From a virus, in IMG/VR virus record IMGVR_UViG_3300031963_011573, positions 1-64,000 of that record: 64,000 nt of DNA, one strand, 5' to 3'. Below the pieces are notes generated by a model. That model was not told the DNA's origin. It saw nothing but the letters and a program-made list of their open reading frames with translations, and did not search any database. Shown here piece by piece: positions 58,949 to 64,000 of the stretch. Positions within the stretch are counted from its first letter, which is position 1. Every line of letters begins with the position of its first letter. Made by a program: the position numbers and the translations under genes.

Positions 58949-59514
58949 TTAGATTAGTAGATTTATTAAAAGAAATAAACGAGGCCAAACAAGTAGGAGA
59001 CATCTATCATTTTACTGATACTGATACTATAACCTCTATGATCAAAGATTATGGAGGCATAACCTTAGACCCTTCATTCTCTAGCTTTGCAGCAGATAAG
59101 TACTATTCCTTTACCAGAAACCCCAACTTAGGCACTCTTTCAGAAGAAAAACACCACGTTAGAATAAAACTTAATGGAGATAAAATGTCCAATAAATATA
59201 AATTTGAGCCATATGCTGATTTAGAAAGTGGTGAAGATTTATACTCTAAAAACGCTCCTAATTATGAATCTGAAGAACGAATTAATTCTAAAAAATATGG
59301 AGAAATAAATTTAACTCCATATATTGAAGAAATAACTATCATTAGTCCTGATAGTTTTAAAGAATATCTTGAAAGTTATCATTCTGGTACTAAATATTAT
59401 GATGAAATATTAAATGATTATAATTTTGTTTTAGATTGGATTAAATCTAAAAATATACCTCTTAAATTCTCCCAAGCTAGATCCACATCCTCCATTAGGA
59501 GAGCAGCTGAATAA
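58945..59514 (+). CDS. hypothetical protein with head leader (possibly ART-like)
   Basis: IYHFT...SFTR...ESEER. Confidence 0.6.
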   Translation: MIRLVDLLKEINEAKQVGDIYHFTDTDTITSMIKDYGGITLDPSFSSFAADKYYSFTRNPNLGTLSEEKHHVRIKLNGDKMSNKYKFEPYADLESGEDLYSKNAPNYESEERINSKKYGEINLTPYIEEITIISPDSFKEYLESYHSGTKYYDEILNDYNFVLDWIKSKNIPLKFSQARSTSSIRRAAE

Positions 59515-59525
59515 TATTTATTAAT

Positions 59526-60635
59526 ATGGAACGTTTACGACAACTTATAAAAGAAGTACTTTCAACTCCACCTAAAAAAGATAGCTGTAATTGTGGTTGT
59601 CATGATTGTGATAATGTAGGTAATACTGGTGTAGTATTAAATGAAAGTTTAGTTAAAAAAGATATATTGTCGGAAAATCTGCGTTATCACGTGGATAATA
59701 AACTACCACTAACTGAAAACACATTCCGTTATGGTTCTCAAGCATTCCTTGATTTATGGTCGGAAGCTCGTTATTTATATTTACGTGAAATAATTCATGT
59801 AAATGATGATGATAAAGAAATTTTACTTGAAACTAATTTAGGTGAATATGGAATGTATGAAGGTAACAAAGTACCTTTAGATTTACCTATGTTAGAGGAA
59901 AACCAATACCAACCTATCTTAGAAGATATTAAGATGTATGGTAAAATATACGAGGCTGTAAATATAGAAAATTCCTACAAACTAGATGATATTAAATCAA
60001 ACGAAGTAGGAAATGAATTTATTTTTACAGATAAACATGGTATTAAACGTAAATTGATGTTTTTAAGAGGAAATAGCGTTAAATTGTTATGGTTTAACCC
60101 CACCACTCAAGAATGGACAACAGACGATATTCCTAGTAAATATGAAGATGAAAAAGTAATGAATACTTTTGGTATGTTATTAGTTAAAGTAATATTACCA
60201 AAATATGGTTCATTTAATTTTCAAGCTTTAAATGCCGCTCGTTACCGTTTATTTAGAGCATTAATCTATAATAATTTAGACACTTCAAAATATGAAATGG
60301 ATTATGACGATGAAAACAAATCAATTGAAGTTCATCAAATAGATACATTAACAGAAGAAGATAAAAAGAAAACTCCACCAATTGGAAAACCAAAACGTGG
60401 TGGATCTAAAAAATTCTACGTTTATGTTAGAAATAAAGGTAAAGTTAAAAAAGTATCTTTTGGACAAGTAGGAATGTCTGCTAAAATAAATGACCCTAAA
60501 GCACGCAGAGCATTTGCTGCACGTCACGATTGTAAAAATAAAACAGATAGAACTAAACCTTCATATTGGAGTTGTAGGCTTCCAAGGTACGCATCTTTAT
60601 TAGGTCTAAAAAGTTCTTTTAGCGGTTTCTGGTAA
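59526..60635 (+). CDS. hypothetical protein with basic C-terminal domain (KKFYVYV...F.ARH.C...YWSC)
   Basis: Motif recurrent in large phages. Confidence 0.75.
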   Translation: MERLRQLIKEVLSTPPKKDSCNCGCHDCDNVGNTGVVLNESLVKKDILSENLRYHVDNKLPLTENTFRYGSQAFLDLWSEARYLYLREIIHVNDDDKEILLETNLGEYGMYEGNKVPLDLPMLEENQYQPILEDIKMYGKIYEAVNIENSYKLDDIKSNEVGNEFIFTDKHGIKRKLMFLRGNSVKLLWFNPTTQEWTTDDIPSKYEDEKVMNTFGMLLVKVILPKYGSFNFQALNAARYRLFRALIYNNLDTSKYEMDYDDENKSIEVHQIDTLTEEDKKKTPPIGKPKRGGSKKFYVYVRNKGKVKKVSFGQVGMSAKINDPKARRAFAARHDCKNKTDRTKPSYWSCRLPRYASLLGLKSSFSGFW

Positions 60636-60650
60636 TAAAAAATTAAATTT

Positions 60651-60809
60651 ATGAAAAAATCTGAATTAAAACAACTTATCAAAGAAGAAATTATCCAACA
60701 AAAACTTTTAGAGGAAAAAAATAAAAAAGCCTCTAAAATTAACCAGAATCTTTCAAATTTGATAGAAAAAATGAAAAAAGACTTCAATATAGAAGATGAG
60801 CGATTTTGA
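60651..60809 (+). CDS. small protein with MKKSELKQLIKEEI leader (52 aa)
   Basis: Read manually. Confidence 0.6.
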   Translation: MKKSELKQLIKEEIIQQKLLEEKNKKASKINQNLSNLIEKMKKDFNIEDERF

Positions 60810-61410
60810 TAAAATAAAACCTTTACAAAATAAAATAGATACTCTTTTACTAGATATAAAAGATGTAAAACCTAATCTATATGAAGACTATTCAAACATA
60901 GTTGATTATTCTATAAATGGTTTTATTGATTTGGGAGCTGAATATATTAAAAACAACCCACAAGAATTTGAAATTTTTCTAAAAAAATTAAATGACATTA
61001 TTAAAATATTAATATTTATTAAAACTAAAGAAAACATTCAAGAGGAAAAAGAAAAACGCGATAGGTGTTTACGTATTGCAGATCGCAAATACGATAAACC
61101 ATCCGCTTACAAATCTGGTGCTGTTGTTAAGTGTCGTAAAGGTATGATTTGGAAAGGTTTAAAAGAAGAAGTAATTCTTGAAAAAGTAAAAGAAACCCTC
61201 CGCACTTGGTTTTCCCGTAAAGGAACACCTGGTAAAAAAGGTGGATGGGTTGATTGTAATGCACCTATTAAAAAAGATGGCAAAATAACAGGATATAAAT
61301 CATGCGGTAGAGAAGAAGGAGAAAAACGCTCAAAATACCCTTCATGTCGTCCTACACCTTCACAATGTAAAACACCTGGTAAAGGTACTAAATGGGGTAA
61401 AACAAAATAG
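60796..61410 (+). CDS. hypothetical protein with basic Cys-containing C-terminus
   Basis: PSAYKSGAVVKCR; GGWVDC; YPSCRP. Confidence 0.75.
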   Translation: MSDFDKIKPLQNKIDTLLLDIKDVKPNLYEDYSNIVDYSINGFIDLGAEYIKNNPQEFEIFLKKLNDIIKILIFIKTKENIQEEKEKRDRCLRIADRKYDKPSAYKSGAVVKCRKGMIWKGLKEEVILEKVKETLRTWFSRKGTPGKKGGWVDCNAPIKKDGKITGYKSCGREEGEKRSKYPSCRPTPSQCKTPGKGTKWGKTK

Positions 61411-61412
61411 AT

Positions 61413-61853
61413 ATGGATAACTTTGATTTAAGAAAATATTTAGCTGAAGGTAAATTATATGAAGCAGCTATGGCTTGTCCTTTACCTACCCAAGATTTAG
61501 AACTTAACACCAAAAATAGAGACTCAGCTATTAAAGCAGATTATATTAAATATGGTCCTTTAAATGTTGATGAACCTGGAGATTATTGGGACGAATTAGC
61601 AGAACATTGGGATACAACAGTTGAAGCTGCTAAACAATCTTTATGTGCAAATTGTGCAGCATTTGATATTTCCCCAAGAATGGAAGATTGTATGCCTGGA
61701 CCATTACAAGATGAAGATGGAAAATTAGGATATTGTTGGATGCATAGTTTTAAGTGCCATTCAGCTCGTACTTGTAGGACATGGGCTAAAGGTGGTCCTA
61801 TTACACAAGATAGTATATCTTATGATTGGCAAGAGCGTAAAGAAAGTGAGTAA
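61413..61853 (+). CDS. Cys-rich hypothetical protein (MDNFDLRKYL leader)
   Basis: CANCAAF; GYCW...FKC...RTC..W. Confidence 0.75.
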   Translation: MDNFDLRKYLAEGKLYEAAMACPLPTQDLELNTKNRDSAIKADYIKYGPLNVDEPGDYWDELAEHWDTTVEAAKQSLCANCAAFDISPRMEDCMPGPLQDEDGKLGYCWMHSFKCHSARTCRTWAKGGPITQDSISYDWQERKESE

Positions 61854-62109
61854 ACCATACATTGACATAGAAGTTACAGACAAATATATTATTCGTGAGT
61901 TTAACGAAAATATAGATCCAATTGAATTAAAATGGCATAGGGATTTAGAGAGTCGTACTGTTGAAATTTTAGAAGATACAGATTGGAAACTTCAATTAGA
62001 TAATAGCTTGCCTACCTCACTAAAAGAACATATATTTATACCTGCATTAGAATGGCATCGTGTAATAAAAGGAACAGGAACATTAAAGTTAAAAATACAT
62101 AAATTATGA
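61846..62109 (+). CDS. cupin-like small protein
   Basis: WHRD...IP..EWHRVIKG; GTG start. Confidence 0.65.
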   Translation: MSKPYIDIEVTDKYIIREFNENIDPIELKWHRDLESRTVEILEDTDWKLQLDNSLPTSLKEHIFIPALEWHRVIKGTGTLKLKIHKL

Positions 62110-62387
62110 AAAAAACTGATTTAAAAAATACAATCAAAGAGGAAATTAAAAAAGTATTAATGGAGGAAACGAGTAGAACATCTATACCTCTTATCCGTGG
62201 AGCTCTTAATCAAATAGAAGAGAATGGTAAAATAGAAACTATGAATGCTATGCTTAGAAATCTTACAGATGAAGAAGCTAGACAATTCAATTTACTTGTT
62301 CAAAAAGGAATAGGAAAAGAAATTAAAAGGATCCCAACTAATTCCCCAGCAGCTGATCCTCGTTTAACCCCAGGAACAACAGATTAA
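62106..62387 (+). CDS. hypothetical protein with LKNTIKEEI leader
   Basis: ORF track. Confidence 0.7.
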   Translation: MKKTDLKNTIKEEIKKVLMEETSRTSIPLIRGALNQIEENGKIETMNAMLRNLTDEEARQFNLLVQKGIGKEIKRIPTNSPAADPRLTPGTTD

Positions 62388-62439
62388 CATTTAGAGCAGA
62401 TCTATAGCCTGTTCGTTTAAAAAATATTTTTGGAGTTGT

Positions 62440-62468
62440 AGCCCGATCTTTGGATTCGGGCTTTTTTT
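62440..62468 (+). terminator. terminator overlapping the next promoter
   Basis: AGCCCGA/TCGGGCT followed by a T-run. Confidence 0.7.
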
Positions 62469-62496
62469 ATTATATATTTAAAACAAAATAAGAGTT

Positions 62497-62970
62497 ATGA
62501 ATATATTTTATATCAATGAAAATCCGATTATTGCTGCTCGTGAATTAACGGATGATCATATTAGAAAAATGCAAATTGAAAGTGCACAAATGTGTAGTAC
62601 TGCTCATTGGGTAAGTGGTTCAACTGCCCCTTACAAACAATCACATACTAACCACCCATCAGCAAAATGGACAAGAGAATCTATACAACATTATAGATGG
62701 TTAGTTCAACATGGTTTAGAAATATGTGATGAATTTGAAAAACGATATGGTAAAAGACATAAAACAAAAGATGTACTTGAATGGTTACAAAATAACGAAC
62801 CTAATATCCCTGATACCGGATTTGTTAACCCTCCTCAGTGTATGCCCGATCAATATAAATTAGAAGATACTGTGGAAGCGTATAAGAATTTTTATGTTAA
62901 TGACAAGGTAAAAGTAAAAAAATTAGATTGGAAAAAATTAAACAATAAACCAAGATGGATAAACGAATAG
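62497..62970 (+). CDS. pyrimidine-dimer DNA glycosylase (DenV-like)
   Basis: MNIF...DDHIRKMQIESAQM...HPSAKW...PQCMP..YK. Confidence 0.8.
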   Translation: MNIFYINENPIIAARELTDDHIRKMQIESAQMCSTAHWVSGSTAPYKQSHTNHPSAKWTRESIQHYRWLVQHGLEICDEFEKRYGKRHKTKDVLEWLQNNEPNIPDTGFVNPPQCMPDQYKLEDTVEAYKNFYVNDKVKVKKLDWKKLNNKPRWINE

Positions 62971-64000
62971 TAATAGTAGGAGCCGGTGTGGCAGGTGTAA
63001 ATGCTGCAACTAAGTTAGTAGATAATGGATATCCTGGAGAATTAATTACATTAATTGATATGGGTAAAGATCCATATAACCGTAAACCTGAAGAAGTAAT
63101 GACAGGTTTTTTAGGTGCTGGAGGTTGGTCTGATGGTAAATTAACTTACCATACAGCAATTGGAGGACAATTATCAAAATACTGTGGTGAGGATAAAGCA
63201 ATGGAATTAATGGATCAAGTGATTACTAATTTCAAACGTTTTCACCCTAAACCAGAGGAAGTACAATGCTCAAATCCTGAAGCAGAACCTGAATTTATTA
63301 AACCATATTTTGGTTTACGTTTATTTCCTGTATGGCACGTAGGAACAGATTATCTATCTGAAATTGCTAAAAATTGGTATGATTATTTAGTGTCTAAAGG
63401 TGTTAATTTTATTTGGGAAAATAAAGTTCATGATATTAATGCTGAACTTAATTTAGTTCTTTACTATGATCCAATTACAGCCGTTGGTAAAGGAATTTCA
63501 TATGATGAACTTATCTTTGCAGTAGGCAAATCAGGCATTGACTTTGCCCAACAATTAGCTAATAAATATAAACTCCCAGATGAACCAAAATCAGTTCAAA
63601 TTGGTGTTCGATTTGAGGCACCACAAGAACACTTCCAAAAACTAATCGATATATCATATGACTTTAAGTTATATAGAAAATTTGATGATGAAGGTGTTTC
63701 GTTACGTTCATTTTGTACAAACAATAATGCAGCTTATGTTGCTGTAGAGGAAACATATGGAGATCATAGCTACAATGGACATGCAAAGAAAGATGAAGCA
63801 TATAGAAATAATATGACTAACTTTGGTATCTTAATGGAAATTAATGGTATTGAAGATCCATTTAAGTGGTCACGTGATGTAGTAAACAAATTACAATTTA
63901 ACGGAACAGGTTTATATTATAGTCCATCTCGTACACCTTCAACCACATCAGAAGGTAATAACGTAACATCTTTCCAAATTGAATTTTTAGATGGTGTAAG
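62955..64000 (+). CDS. FAD/NAD(P)-dependent oxidoreductase (3' truncated)
   Basis: Read manually: MDKRIVIVGAGVAG; GAGGWSDGKL; GVRFE; RSFC; NGHA; open to the window end. Confidence 0.85.
   Translation, partial: MDKRIVIVGAGVAGVNAATKLVDNGYPGELITLIDMGKDPYNRKPEEVMTGFLGAGGWSDGKLTYHTAIGGQLSKYCGEDKAMELMDQVITNFKRFHPKPEEVQCSNPEAEPEFIKPYFGLRLFPVWHVGTDYLSEIAKNWYDYLVSKGVNFIWENKVHDINAELNLVLYYDPITAVGKGISYDELIFAVGKSGIDFAQQLANKYKLPDEPKSVQIGVRFEAPQEHFQKLIDISYDFKLYRKFDDEGVSLRSFCTNNNAAYVAVEETYGDHSYNGHAKKDEAYRNNMTNFGILMEINGIEDPFKWSRDVVNKLQFNGTGLYYSPSRTPSTTSEGNNVTSFQIEFLDGV

Noticed and set aside
2107-60787. All other minus-strand ORFs in the track
   Set aside because: They are short, lie opposite well-supported + strand genes, and have no minus-strand promoter cassettes.

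Overview
This AT-rich window is part of a large tailed (myovirus-like) phage genome. The host is probably Bacteroidota/Flavobacteria: genes lack Shine-Dalgarno sites, promoters read TTG-N20-TAnnTT, and there is a T9SS-style secreted protein and an Hc1-like histone gene. All credible genes lie on the + strand. Layout: (1) 1-1.7 kb holds a structured non-coding region and five tRNAs (Thr, Asp, Leu, Ser, Ala). (2) 3.3-27.6 kb is an early/accessory region of about 70 mostly small ORFs, most with their own repeated promoter/start cassette. It includes a metallophosphoesterase, a RadA/Sms-like ATPase, two DUF932 proteins, an ATP-dependent DNA ligase, a GIY-YIG nuclease, two anticodon-less tRNA-like elements, a 23-bp repeat-delimited mini-gene array and an iteron/G4-like locus. 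The last 3 kb or so is written almost without cytosine on the coding strand, ending at a palindrome-rich skew switch near 27.7 kb. (3) 28-33 kb holds a T5orf172 protein, an HD hydrolase and a gp55-like late sigma factor. (4) 33-50 kb is the baseplate/tail module, ending in an S74-chaperone tail fibre. (5) 50-64 kb holds a GIY-YIG nuclease, primase, exonuclease, holin-like and Hc1-like genes, probable head-packaged proteins sharing an N-terminal leader, a DenV-like glycosylase and a truncated FAD oxidoreductase. The most novel candidates are the tRNA-like RNAs carrying a conserved loop antisense to the early-gene start consensus, the C-free gene block, and the modular promoter/repeat cassette systems. 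All product calls come from motif recognition by eye; no database searches were run.
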